This document shows positions 49,827 through 63,587 of a stretch of 64,000 nucleotides of DNA, piece after piece. The notes below the pieces were generated by a model. It worked only from the letters and a program-made list of their open reading frames with translations. It had not been told where the DNA came from and did no database searches. The translations under genes were made by a program, and so were the position numbers. The DNA lies in NCBI GenBank assembly GCA_030390025.1, contig CM059446.1, positions 15,500,001 through 15,564,000 on the forward strand, read 5' to 3'. Each line of letters opens with the position of its first letter. Position 1 is the stretch's first letter. Source of the stretch: Squalus acanthias (taxonomy: Eukaryota).

Positions 49827-50869
49827 TATTAATTTGTTCTCGCAGTCTCAATTGTTACACGTCCCTGTGCCTGACGCTAGCAATACAAGGACTATTGAAG
49901 CTTCTTGCAGTATTTGATCATCTCGGTTTATACCAGTGTGTTTAACTGCTAATCCTTTCCCAACCGGGTAATTATTTGGCTACTTTTTGAAGGAGTTAAT
50001 TAATACAATATTAACTGCTTTTGCTGCAAGCCTAAAAGCTTTATCTACTAATATGTAATTTCACTTGGGGTTTGTTAATTTTATGGCTGTCGACCTCCTG
50101 TATTATTGCTCATGGGCAGTAGAGCTAGTTCTAGTGTTTACTGTGACCACATTCTAAGATCCAGGATTGGAATTCACCCCTTTCTGTTGTCGCTCTCTCA
50201 AATTCCGGAGCCTGTGCTAATTAACAGAATCATGGGTTGAATTGATGTGATGCAACCACTCAGGAATTGCAGTCATTTGGCTGATCCCTGACACTCAGGT
50301 TGGAGAGCAAAGGCAGGAGTTAGGGAAACCAGAGTGCTGAGCATTGAGAGGGGGAGCTATGGAATAAGGCTTAGCAATTTTTACTATATAAAGTGAGGAG
50401 AACCTGTCTTTGGAGCATTTTGGCTTCCTTTATAACTTCTAAGAAATTTTATTTTTAAGAGTGCATATGTAATGGGTTGGATGAAGCACTTTAATGGTGG
50501 CTATACGGCACAAAAATTATTTGGATTGTGTTAAAGGTTCACCAATCAGAAATGATGCTATAAAGATTTGATTGGTTGAGTTGACAAGTTGAAGGAACGG
50601 TGACTTCTTGAATCGGACTGATTGGATAATGATCTAGGGACAGTAGCCTTTGGTTTTGCTATCTGATAGATGGCAGGAAAAATATGCAAAAACACTACCT
50701 TCACACATAATTTAAATAATGTATAGATAAATTGATCCTCTAATTCTGTGCTTACCGAGTCAAAGTCAAATAATCTGCTTACTTTTACATGAGTTATATG
50801 TTTCAAATTTTTAAAGTTCTGGGTCATGATCTTCCTTCAATTTTCTTTTCTCTAATAACAGGTTCTGCA

Positions 50870-52330
50870 AGTCTTTCCTCACAATTAGGGGCCTTAAATT
50901 CCAAAATTATATTTGTTGCTCTTCTCTAACCCTCTCAATGCATCAGTGCCCATTTCAAGATTGCATGCCCAATATTGTTGACAGTCTTGTCCCAAATCTC
51001 GCCGCATCAATGATCTGTACAAGATCAGAATAAGTTTTGTCAAACATTTATGAGATGTAAACTAGTATTTGGTTAGGTTTGTTGATAATGGTTTAAACAC
51101 TAGAAACTGTCAGTGAATGGCCAAACATCACACCCAATTGCTGAGGATATAAGTTTCTGTTTCCTGTTCCTATATGCAGTGCCTTGCATTTATAAATATT
51201 TACAGTAAAATTCATCTGTCATTCTTGGGCCATCTAGTTATTTGGTGCAGATCTCTCTGAATGTAATTTATATTTGTCTTCTGGTCATACAGCTTGATAT
51301 CAACAAATTTAATAAATTAAGTATTTTTCTCCAAATTATTGTGAATACTGTGACTAGCAAGGGACCCAAAACATACTTCTGCAGACATCCGCTAGTCATT
51401 AAAACTTATAGATAACCATTTTAATTTATCATTGCCTTCTACTTCCTTTTGCTGAGCTAGTTTTCAATCCAGCTAGCTAATTTACTGTTAATCCATGAGT
51501 CTTAACTTTTTTAAAAGGCTCATGTAAAACTTTCTCATGCTTTTTGAAAATCTAACTAAATTACATCGAGTGAATAATCTCAATTCACTATCTCCTCAAA
51601 AGAATTCAGCAGGTTAGTGACCCATGACCTATATTGTTTGTAAATTCATGTTTATGGCCTCTGCTCTTCGGATCAGCATTGATTGCACCCTACCTAATGT
51701 ACTCAGTGCATTTTCTCCAATACAATGTTAAACTGGTTGGTATATAGTTTAGAGTTCCCATTTCATTCCTTTTTGAATTTTGAGGTGTTTGCTCTCAACC
51801 AGTCCTTTGATAATTCCAGTGTTCATGGATCTTTTAAAAACAATAACCAGAGTTCCTTCTATTTTCTTTCTCATTTCCTTGAGTATTCTAGGGTGTTCCC
51901 CATCTGGCCCAGCTGCCTTGCCTGAAATTTCTCTCAGTGAAAAACAAGAAAATGCCTGTATCTCCATAATTAACAATCCTCCGATTAAAATCATTTTTTT
52001 TTTAAATCACAGGTTTTCAGCTGCATATTCTTGCAGATTATTAAGTGTGGGGGGTGGGGGCAGAGGTGAACAGACACTCCTTTTTTTTCAATAGGAGGAG
52101 GTATTTTGAGCCATCATTCTTTAAAATTTCTTCATTGTCTTGTGCTTTAATGTTTACTTGTGTTATTCTTTCTGGAGCCAAAATAACTTTATCTGGATTT
52201 GACAATCGTCATTTGTTTAAAGTAATCTGAAGAATCTGTTTAATGCACTTGTTATTTCCTGTTTCTCCAGATCGCTTCCCAATTTATCCCTTAAAGGCCC
52301 ATTTTGTTTAACATGCTGTCTGTAGCTAAT
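50870..52330 (-). mobile_element. Ancient fragmented CR1 RT remnant
   Basis: Minus-strand GKAAGPDGEHPRILKE..IVFKRSMNTGII, with further degenerate RT blocks at 51170-51640. Confidence 0.65.
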
Positions 52331-52734
52331 CTAACTGAGAACATTCTTTCAGTTCCTTTTAATGCTACAGCCCTTCTAATACTGTACTTTTGGTTATCAT
52401 CCATGAATACTTGTACAACTCTCACATCTTATTTCTTTTTGTATTTTTTGTATATTTTAAATGTTTCTGTTTGGCCTTAAAGGTAGTTTGGTGTTAATTT
52501 ACCCATCATGGTTTTGGTCTTGCTATTTAATTCTTATGAGGTACATCCATTTTTCTTCGTGTGTTTTATTTTCTAATTTTGTTTCTCACTCAGTTCTCTG
52601 TGCAATTTTCCTATCGTTCTGAATTTTGCTTTCTTAATGCTGTGCACCTCTGTGCTATTGCCCCCGCCCCCCACTACTTAATCTCCCCATCTCAGCTCCT
52701 CTCCTGGGACATTGACTCTTTCCTGGGGTATAGT

Positions 52735-53015
52735 TTGGCTGATCTCAGCAGTGAAGTTCCTGAGGCTGTTTTACCATTGGGGACTCAGCTAAGCCCAATC
52801 TTCTCCTCCCCAGACATCCACAGGCATTTCATCTAGAAAATGATCAGGAAAGGGAGCCTTGATTGATTTTCCCCTTCATAAACCAGGGTATGTAGCTAGT
52901 TGTAGCACCTCTACTGGTATCCTGGCTGAGATTAACTAGCTCAACTCAAACTGGGATTCAATCTTGGGACTTTCCTGGTCTGTGTGGCTCAGCTGCTAAC
53001 CAGCTGAACCATCAG
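52735..53015 (-). mobile_element. Ancient SINE-like repeat (same family as 12165 and 63190)
   Basis: tRNA-like head on the minus strand near 52950-53010; shared internal blocks. Confidence 0.5.
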
Positions 53016-54270
53016 GGTAGTGGGCTTATCCTTTTAATAATTTTTCAAATTTAACTATACAGTCTAGAGCCCAAGTGTTCACCCCACTTCCAGGTCATCC
53101 GTTCCAGTGGACTGCAAAGGACCAAATCTACTTTCAACTCTCATTCATGCACTACTTCTATGAAATTGCTTGTTCATTCACAACTCCTTTCTGCCGTCCC
53201 TCATCTAACCACTTTACTTCTGAGACATTGAAATCCTCCACAATTATCACTTTATGGTTTCCTGCTTTTTTTCTTGCCCAAACGAGTCTATCTACCGATT
53301 TAAGTTTGAGCTGCTGGTGGATATCGGAACAAATTACTATTTTGTTGCCACTATCCTATATTGCTAATTTCCACCCAGATTGCTTCTGCCCTAACCATTT
53401 AGTCTATTTATATCCTCTTTTACTAGTAATGTCATTCCTCAACCTTGCTTCACATGCCTATTCTGGCAAAATGTCCTATACCCTCAGCTCCACCTCATGC
53501 TCAAAGCCATGTATCTGTAAAAGTAGGTACATATTTTTGTGAACAATTTTTCCACATGGCTTGTAGCTGTTTTACAGTTTTCTATTCTATTATAGTGATC
53601 TATGGGGGTTAGGGCAAGAGGAGGAAGTGTCTGAATCTCTAGCATTCTATTAAAGGGAGATTATGCATTAGAGTTGAAATGGAAAATTCATCACCTACTA
53701 TCCTAAGGCGAGTTAATTTCTAGCTACAGCTCATTAGCTTGCAATTAACATCATTTATGTTATCTTTCCATCTCCAGTTCATTCTGTTTTTCTGTGTTCC
53801 TTGTGGACTGTTCTCTACTTCACTGGTGAGCTCCTTATTATTCTGAGATTTATTTCCTATAATTCAGTAAAAGCTCATTCTTATCCTAGTTAAAGAGATG
53901 TCCTATTCATCAAGTGGTTTTAAAGAAAATCTTCCATCATTGATGTGAGTTCCATGGCTGTACAGTGGTGGTTGTAGGAGAAAGGGGCGTCTGAGCCCCC
54001 GATGATATCACAAAACCTCTTCTGTACCTGTGCACCAGCATTATTAAATAATTGCTTCTGGATTTGGAGGATTCTAATTGTGAAGTTTCTAAGATGCAAA
54101 TTTAGCAAAATTCTCATTTCCTGTAATGTTTTCTAACTGGTATATTTCAGTTGCAGGAGTTGATTCTAACTTTTATCTTACTTGTAAGTCTTACTGTAAA
54201 CATAAATGGAATACATGGTGCAGATTGGAAACTTTGTTGAGAAAGCTAATGGGTGTCTTATTTACAACAG

Positions 54271-54403
54271 GAATGTGGATCTGTCAAATATGCAGACCAA
54301 AGAAAAAGGGAAGAAAACTACTGCACGAAAAAGCTGCACAGATCAAACGTCGTTATGCGAAACCAGTAGGACGTCCCAAAAATAAACTAAAGCAAAGAAC
54401 CAT
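54271..54403 (+). CDS. KAT6B: KAT6B coding exon, PHD2 end and basic region
   Basis: Acceptor tttacaacag|GA, donor AT|gtacgt, 133 nt. Translates (G)[43 protein letters not shown]. Confidence 0.96.
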
Positions 54404-57184
54404 GTACGTTTATCCTTTTCTTTGGAACAAGTATAACAAATGACTAAAATATTGCACTGTAAATACCTTTAAAGAAGTGGAAGTATGTTTGATTCGTTTC
54501 CCACTAATTGTCATGCCTTCAAATCCAAATACTGTGTCTCACGTTCAAAGGGAGTCTAGACACAGAAGTTTGTTTAAAACAACAGTGTAGCTTTTTAAAA
54601 TTGATGCTCCATCTTTAGAAAACAATTATTTACAAAATTATCAATAAATATTAAACAGCAGCAAAAATGTAAATGTCTACCTCATTATTGCAGCCTCTCA
54701 TTATACCATACCCCCTCCTACATCTGGTTGAAGCTAAAATATTGGCTGTTAAAGGACTTGGGGCGTGGTAACATACAGGACTGAAAAAGACCATTGGCCT
54801 GTCCAGTATCTTGGAAATATTATATCTTGAGGTACCCACCATATATCCCTCTATCAACCTCAATAAATTCTGCCACGCTGCTCTGTCCAATGAGTTCTGT
54901 AATAGTGAGGCGCAACAGTGTTACACTAGCTTATTGAAAACTATCAATTCAGGGGGATTTTACTTATAACTAAAGCACAAGTTGTGATGGTGTAGAAATA
55001 TTATTACAGTCCCCAAATACAGGAACCAGAGTCCCATACAGGTCGTCATTGCTGTAGTGTACAGTTGTGCAACATTTTACTTGTGATCTCCAATTTTGTA
55101 TGGAAATGGGTGCCCACTTAACTTTGTCCTTCACTTTTTAATTTTTTCCCCCATTAACCAGTGGAACTTTAGTTATACAAACTTAAACATTATTTTTATG
55201 TTCTGTTCTTTTAACAGATTTTGCAGCTTTTTGATACTTTGTGTAAGTTTGAAAGTTCTGTATTTGACTCTCCTATTTAATCCAAAACTCAAAGTTAAAA
55301 TATATGTTATGCTCCTAAATTGGAAACCTGCAACTGTCTGTAAATCTAAACTTAAAGCTGAATCCACACCAATCTGCTGTTTCCATCAGTTTCTTTGCCT
55401 TTACTTTGATTTGTATTTTATTACTTTTCTAAGGTGTGCTCACAGCTTAGCCTGAGAAAAAGAGAATGATGTATCTCTTCCTATTTGTCTTCATATTGTG
55501 CCAGATCTTGATAACATTTCTTTGATCACAATCATGTTTTATGCAACTGAGCACAATCCTATCATTTCTGGACATGTATATTCCAGCAGGGTGTTGCTGA
55601 ATAATAAAGAGCAGAAACCCTAGTGGACTTTTTCTTTTTCCCTCCCTATCCCAGGAATGCAAGGCCAATCATCATACCCCTATTATTCCCCACCTCGATA
55701 ACTCCGCACAAACTGTGGATCAAACGTGAGACCTTCCTGTAATATTTTGTTCAGTACCACACTGGGTGGCGTATTTACCCATTGTTGTTGAGGAGCTGCA
55801 GGCTGCTTTCATTTAAATTATTCAGTTTCACCACATCAGGGCCTTGCGAACTAAACATTGCCTTTGTCTTACTGGTGGAGGTACCACCTGTGCTAAAACA
55901 GAAACAGGCTAGCGACAATCAACAAAAGCACCTCTGGGGTGTTTCCCTTCATTACCAACCATTACTGCATTTCTATGCTTAAAAACACTGTAGTAGAAAA
56001 ATGTTCCTGATTTTGTGTTTTTAATCCTGAACGAGGTATCCAGCCCTTAAAAAGAAACATTTTTTATTAAAAGCCTAAGAAACCTGTAGCGTCTTGTGGT
56101 ATTGAAAGGTCTATTTAGTGGTGACTGCCCTCAGAACTCTCATTGTCACCTTGTCAGTGAAGTAATTGAGCACAGACAGCTTCTCCTCCAGTGTTCAAGA
56201 ACTGACTTCTGTCAAACTGGGTAAAGAGACTTGAAAATACACATTAATGTCAAAGTTGATGGATGTTGACCTTTTGTAGTTGAAGCAAATACTGTACCAA
56301 TGTTCACTTCTCCTTCATGATACACATTTTCAGAAAAAAAAATCTGTCACTGCACATCCACAGCCAGGGCAGGTTCATCAGACAGTGCTCTCATGCTTCA
56401 ACAGAACTGAACTCTGAATTCAATACAAATGACTTTCTCATGAACCAGCAGATTCTATTTCAGATGTCACATGCGAATAAAAGAAATAGATATGACTTTT
56501 CCCATATCCCCATATACACACTCATCCCTTCCAGGTCTACTTGAAATGCATAGTTCCTTATATCTCATTGATTTGATTTTTTTTAAACTTTGTCAATCTT
56601 TAACAGCTAATTGCTCTGCACTTCCACTCATTAAGATCTTCTATGGTCCAATTAAGAACTGTGGCTCTGTGTACCCATTGTAACTGCCTACCAACCCCCA
56701 AGAATTGTATTCTCTAATTGTGTCTGCAAACACTGCCAGGAGCATTGGGCAAATTGCCCCCATATTTTGTCTGGAATCGCTTTCCCACAAGTTGGAAAGT
56801 TAATTTATGAGCTAGACATTTCTGAGTGCAATGGGAGGGCATCTAAATGTTCGCACAGTGCAATGTTGTGAACCATTACCAGAGACACAACATCACATAA
56901 AAATCTCTGGTATTTATATGTTGCTTTTAAAAGCACTTAAGAACATCGAACACACTTCTTGAAGCAATGTTCTCCAAGCAAACAACGTAATGATCTGGTT
57001 ACAGGAAATAAGTCTATAGCCCTTTGCAAGCTTGCAATTGCGTTCCCGCCAGAGAAGAGCAAGTTTGGAGCTAATCATTTGGCAGACAAGGACAATGCAC
57101 TGGCAGATCTCCTTGGTGGTAATCTAGATCAATTCTTATGGTGGACAGATCGAATTAGTGAATTATGTGTGTATTAATGGGGCG

Positions 57185-57545
57185 GCAGGGATAAATATAC
57201 TACATGAAGGAACAGAGGCTGAACCTTGGAGGGAAAGTTAAGTGCGGTGACTGACCGCTTGGTCGAAAACATGGGTTTTGAAAAGGTTTTTAAGGGGGGG
57301 CGTGGTAGAGGAAATGCCAGAGTCTGGCCAAGACGGCTGAAGGCTCTGCCTCCAATGGTGGTGCGAAGGGAGTGGTTATGCATAAAATGCCAGTGTTGGA
57401 GGATCGAAGCCATGCAGAGATTTGAAGAGGAGGACAAGGTATTTAAATTTAATTGATTGGGGGAAAGGGAGACAATGTACGTCAGTGAAGACTAGTACGA
57501 TAAGCAAGCAGAATGTAATGCCGGACAGGATAAGGACTGTTTTGA
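57185..57545 (-). mobile_element. L2 fragments
   Basis: Peptide TTIGGRAFSRLGQTL; similarity to 16380-16520. Confidence 0.7.
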
Positions 57546-59774
57546 AACTGAGAGGGACAGTGCCTACAAAGGAAGCAACTAACAATGTTGACTTCCTTTG
57601 ATGTCCTCATGCCAAAGGTCAGCATCATGATGATATTGACAATATGAAATGTTTTGCCATGACATCATTTATTGATATCAGTTGTTCAAGGAATTTTTAT
57701 TGTCTGGAAAATTAGTTCAGGTCACTTTGTAATTGTAATATCATATCTTAAGCAATATGATTTTTATTTTTGATACTTTTCCACACACCAAACAAGTTAT
57801 AAGAATGTAATCTGAAATGAGAAAAGGCAATTCGACTTAAGTTAAAGCAGTCTATTGGATTGATGCATCAAGCAGGCCCCTCTTGTTCTCAGAGTCTCTA
57901 AGTCCCAAGCCTGTCCATCACCATATTGTTCTATACTTATTGGTATTCCATGAATAAGAAATCACCCAGCAAATACTACAGTAGAAGTGAACCAAACAGG
58001 GTAGCCATTATTCCACAATTTCATAGCATTATGCATGTAATTTCTTATGAACTTCCACTTGCTCAGTGACTTGTTAATTTTGAAACCATGTCCTACGTTC
58101 CCAAATAATTTACTGTTACTGATTAAAACTGGCATTTCCACTCACCTTAATTTGGCTCAAGAAAATAATCTTAATCTCCTCTGGCCTGTCCTTGTACCTT
58201 GTACTGTTGGACTATAACCTGGTGTTGTGCGACCTCTCAATTCTGTCCTTGTACCACAGTGATCTTTGCTTAAATGCTTTTATATCTGTTCTCTGTATCC
58301 TTTCTGATGACACAGTGCTCCTTTGGAAAGCTGATGATCAAAGCCAGGCACAACATTCTCGTGTGATTTCCCTGATATATTTTAAAGAGCTACTATCATA
58401 TCTTTGGACTGGTACTCCACGCTTCTGCCAAAGCACCCTAACATTCTGTTTGTCTTTGATTAATCTCAACCTCACACTGCAGCTGTTTTTAAAGACTTCT
58501 CCAAGTCATCGTCCTGCTCCACCTTTATCAAGATACAACCGTTCATTTTGCTATCATATATATGCTTCACTTTGCATTTAGTCACATTAAACATAATGTA
58601 CCAGTTACAGACTTTGTAAAGCCTATCTAAATCTCTTGAAAATTATCCCTTTTTTGCCATGATTCTTGTTCTGCTGTGTAATTGTGGCATGTAAATTTAG
58701 AAATTAAAATTTTTAAACCCCATCTGTATTCTCCTGTTGTTAAGTATAATTCTACGGGCACATACTTCAAAGGACATGATTAATTCTACCAGCTTGAATA
58801 ATTACATTCAGTTTCTTATTATCTATTCAGTTTTCAGTCAATATTCCTACTTCACCCATAATTATGGGAGCTGTCCCTTTCAGTGCAGCCCCTCATGAGG
58901 CACTTCTTCAAATGGATTTTCAAAGAATAGATAATAGATAGCTGCCAATATCCACCAACTCGGTCACATTGCCACAGTCAATTAAATTTATAAGACACTT
59001 GGTTCACTTCATAACTTAATGCTGCCATTTATAAATCATACTAAACCTAAGTTGTAGGTTCCAAAAACTCCTGGGTGAGTAAATGCAAAACACAAATATA
59101 AATACATGGACAAATGCAAAAGGAATGCATGAACAATTGTGGTGATGTCAATGAGATAACTTGGTGAAAGTTTTCTTTTGTACTTATTTAATAAATTACC
59201 AGTGATTGATGGGTGCTCACATATCCAGTAGGCTGAATTGTTCTATTAAAATTAGTTTGAAGGATGGTTATACAATTACGCTGCCTGTTGGTATGTTGAG
59301 ACACACTGTGCCACAAAGTAGTAGAATGCAGATTTTCATGTGGGATTTCTGAATTTTAGCCAAGCTATTTGGAGGAGGTGGTGGGGCATTTCCTTTGATG
59401 GAGGGCATGTCTACCTATACTGCACTTGTGCATTTTATAGTGGCTAATTACATTAGCAGTGCCCTGGTCGCAATTTAGTTGCTTTACCACTTCCACTGGA
59501 GAATGGTTTGAGTGGCGGCAATGTAAATGATGAGGTGGAAATAACTCTTTATGACATAGAGCAAAGTAACAAAAATATGCATGAAAATATAAAGGTCAGT
59601 CACATCAAATAGAAATGCAATCTGACAATGCAATTTGTGAATTTTGCATTTGTAAATACAATATTCCCCATTTATTTTTCTCCCCCACATCATTTTCCTA
59701 ATTTTACAAACACTCCTAGAAATAGTGCATATTCTTTTCTTAGTAGTAATGTTGTACTTTGCACTTTTTCACAG

Positions 59775-60664
59775 ATCGGCTGACAATGATGATGGATCTA
59801 TGACAATGGACACAGGAAGGGGGTCACCTGGTAGGGGTCAAAAGACTAAAATCTCTACCACACCTTCATCTGGTCATGCTGCGTCTCTGAAGGACTCATG
59901 CAGCAGATTGGCTCATACAGACCCCATCCTGGCTAATGCTACCACCTCCACATTCACAGTTAACCAAACAACTAATGGTCTTGTTGATGGCCTAACTAGA
60001 TTTTTTACACCCTCACCTGATGGCCGAAAGGCACGTGGTGAAATAGACTTTTCAAAGTGCTATTTGCTTAAGAAAAACTGCACTCTGAAACAATCAGCCA
60101 CTTTTAACTCCAGCATATGGTCTGCAGGTATTGCTCAAAAGTTAACCCCATTCTGTCGACCCCCACTTCCTAGTCAGAGCCCCAGTTCGCACAAATCCAG
60201 CACTTCCACTTCTGCTAACTCCCCTCAAAGTTCTTCCAGCCAATCAAGCGTACTCTCTCTTAGCAGCCTTCCGAACAGCAGCCATCTAAAGGGACTCTTT
60301 GATGGGCTATCTCATATTTACACCATTCACAGAGAGTCTCGTAAAAAGGGACATCCCAGTTATGCACCACCTAGGCGTATGCGTCATAAGCCTGAGTTGG
60401 CTCCCACACCAAAAGCCTATCCTCACTTCCGAAAAAAGAAAGGTGTTGCAAGTAGTAGCTTTATGTTCCCTGCCTTTTCCCATGGCTGGAGGGCTTCCAG
60501 GACATGCTCACTGAAATCAGTTGCTCACTTCAGACAAACTTCTTTCCTTGTAAAGCACAAGATATTAGGCAGATTAAAATATAGAGTGACCCCTCAAATG
60601 GGGACCCCCTCAGCAGGGATGGGGAGCTTGGCACTCGGAAGGATTAAACGTGATCGGGACGATG
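59775..60664 (+). CDS. KAT6B: KAT6B large Ser-rich coding exon (about human exon 8, long form)
   Basis: Acceptor ctttttcacag|A, donor GATG|gtaagc, 890 nt open. Contains [55 protein letters not shown] and [16 protein letters not shown]. Confidence 0.95.
59828..59836 (+). promoter_or_regulatory. Candidate internal 5' splice donor (shortest isoform)
   Basis: CTG|gtaggg after GRGSP, phase 1, the same phase as the terminal donor at 60664. Confidence 0.6.
60125..60133 (+). promoter_or_regulatory. Candidate internal 5' splice donor (intermediate isoform)
   Basis: CAG|gtattg after WSA, phase 1, the same phase as the terminal donor. Confidence 0.6.
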
Positions 60665-61408
60665 GTAAGCAAAGGTCCAAACCAACCTGCGTCCTGTCCA
60701 GTAAAAGTTTACTCTATTTTGTCACGTAGCCCTTAGCTTCTTCTCTTGTTCCTTCTTCACTTTTGTAGGAATGTAAACAAACAAAACATCTTGTCCCTTT
60801 TTCTAATGCTAACTAAATACCTTAACATTGTTTTTCAAATAAACTTGCATCACAGATCAAACATCTTGTTTAATTTGCATCTGTTGTAGTACTAAGAATC
60901 CCAAATGCCTGCATAGCACTGCTTTCAGCTTTGTAGAATCGCATGGCCATCCAACTTGCCACACTACACCTCTCACTCTTCCAGCCCTTTCCAAACAGCG
61001 GCTCAACCATTTTGATTGTTTGCTTCCAGTGTTGATAGTGAGAAGTGGCAGATGTGTTAACTGTAGACCTTTCTGTTCTGCATTTTCCTCAAGTTTTTTC
61101 CTCTGCTTTATTTCTTTGCATAAAGTAATTTCAACCTTACTGGATTTCAGCAACAAAGCAAATGCTGCTGTTGAATTACTTTGTGCTACTGCCTGCCTTC
61201 ACTGCATGTCTTGTTTACTTGTGTGATTATTAATATTTAGAATTGTTAGATGAAGAATGCTAATTTACCTCACCTGAGTAATAAAGCACCAGAAGAAGTG
61301 GTGTGCTTTTTATGGAGCTGTTAATAAAGCATATAATTAAATTCATGTGATGGTGGATTTTGCTCATGTACATGAACATTTTTCCTGTGCTGCTTTGGTG
61401 AACTGCAG

Positions 61409-61530
61409 ACAATGAAGAAATGAAAAATATCAAAAAGGAAACTGCAAATCAAGGTGTAGCCTGCCATCAGGACAATGTGACAGAGGAGGACTTGGAGATG
61501 TTCAAGCAAGCACGGGATTTATCACTCCAG
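61409..61530 (+). CDS. KAT6B: KAT6B coding exon preceding the MYST domain
   Basis: Acceptor aactgcag|AC, donor CAG|gtgaga, 122 nt. Translates (D)NEEMKNIKKETANQGVACHQDNVTEEDLEMFKQARDLSLQ; phase is compatible with the upstream exon. Confidence 0.93.
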
Positions 61531-63260
61531 GTGAGACCTTTTATTTGAGTAGTGAAACAAATTCTGAATCTGTGACCTGTGTTACAAAATGCACATATAG
61601 ATTCATGTAGTCTGTGTCTTAAAATTAGTTACGTAATGAATAAATACAGCACGGACAAAATTTTAACTGCTTCTTGCCTATTGTTAAAAAATCCTGTTCC
61701 ATACATCTTTGCTGTTTAGCTGATGATGCATACGTCACAATACTTTAGTGCAAGAAAATCATAGTCAGCGAATCATGCAAAAAAGCGTAAGTTTAACAGT
61801 TTAAAAAAACTATATATTTAATATGTTTGTATGTATATAAAAATAATAGTCTTCACTGGTGTTTAAAACCAGGATAACTTATAACTAACAATGTTTTGCA
61901 AAAGATTAGTACAATGAAGGGCTTAAACACACTATAGCTATGGTGATCATTTTAATGAGTTACCATTACCGTTACAGTTGGAAACCTCAGCCTAGCTATA
62001 AATTAGAAAACATAAAGCACTTCTTGCCATTTTCATGAAGGTATTTCTGAATGTAATGAATTGGTTTTAAAGTAGTTCCATTTGAAATGGATGGCGTGCT
62101 CCTATGATATATATCTTAAAATGTTGTATATGTGACATACTAAAATTATATTTAATTTTAATTCACCAAAATGTAGAAAATTGCATAACTCTGAATATAA
62201 GATTGGAATTCATTTGTGATTCAAATAACTTTCTGAGCCACTCCGACTTTGTCTGTGGGGTATGTGGTGCCTTTTGACCTCGCATATGTTGTAGCTTCAA
62301 AGGCAGTTTTTATTCTCTTTATTCCTACTCAGTGGGACCTTCTGATTGTGTACACTTTGCCATCCAAGTATTAGTGAACATTCGCATTTAAATGGATAAG
62401 GACAGAACCAGAAGCTAAAATGAAATAGAAAATATTTTTTTTGAAGAAATGCTGATGTAATTAAGGATTTTAAAAAAAATAAGAGTTGACGAACTAACTT
62501 GTGCGAGTATACTAACCATTTTATTCTACATTTGGACTTAGTGTGAATGATTTAAGTGTACATTTCTGTTAAATTCAGATCAGTTGTGGCCAGCTTCAAT
62601 GGATGCTTCTATCCTGATAGGCACACTTCTGAGACATATCATGTAAATTGTGTCAGAAAACTACTAGAAAGTTTAATTGTGAAGATTGTGATACAGATTG
62701 TGATTATGGAGTTACATGATTGATTTGTTCTTCATTTGAATTCTCCACACTGTATCCATATACCCATTCTCAAGTTTGTCCATAAAGAAACCAGACAAAA
62801 TGCCCTTTAAAATTTTTATTTTCCATATTGATGATAAGAATCTGACTCTTGTTATGCCGAAACAGTATTTATCTTACTTAAATTGTGTTGTTGGTCATTA
62901 TAAAGTTTTCAAATGTTAGAACTTGAAAAAATGAGTGACTGCAGCAAAAATTACCCCCAAAAATGTAATATATCCATTAGAGTTGAATGTTAGATAAGGA
63001 AGGATTGCAAATTATTATATTAATTTTGGTCATAATTGGGCTGAACTGGTATCTTTGCTGCGCAGGCCTCAGCCATGAGAAGAAGTCTTATGTACTTTCA
63101 TCACTGAAGCCATACGAAAGGAAGTTGCAAGGTTCCTGTGATGGGTCAGCAAATTTACCCAGAGTACCTGGGCTGTAAGGATGATAAAGGCCCTGGATTT
63201 AATCTTCAGTCTGTGCTGAGTTAACTAATTCAGCAGGGAATGTGTGGGGTGTTCTAATTG

Positions 63261-63587
63261 AGGAGCGCTGCACTGTCGGAGGGGCAGTACTGAAGGAGCG
63301 CTGCACTGTCAGAGGGTCAGTACTGATGAGTGCTGCACTGTCGGAGGGTCAGTACTGAGGGAGCGCCGCACTGTCAGAGGGTCAGTACTGAGGGAGCACA
63401 GCACTGTCGGAGGGGCAGTACTGAAGGAGCGCTGCACTGTCAGAGGGTCAGTACTGATGAGTGCTGCACTGTCGGAGGGTCAGTACTGAGGGAGCGCCGC
63501 ACTGTCAGAGGGTCAGTACTGAGGGAGCACAGCACTGTCGGAGGGGCAGTACTGAGGGAGTGCTGCACTGTCGAGGGTCAGTACTGA
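63261..63587 (+). repeat. 32-33 bp minisatellite (10 units) with a 131-bp higher-order duplication
   Basis: Unit approximately GGGAGCGCTGCACTGTCGGAGGGTCAGTACTGA. Units 2-5 (63294-63424) equal units 6-9 (63425-63555). Confidence 0.93.

Noticed and set aside
59725-60729. Stand-alone 334-aa single-exon gene
   Set aside because: It is the internal KAT6B exon read through into intron sequence on both sides.
63261-63587. CRISPR-like or Cys/His-rich repeat protein appearance
   Set aside because: The units abut with no unique spacers, there are no cas genes, and the context is a eukaryotic intron; it is a minisatellite.
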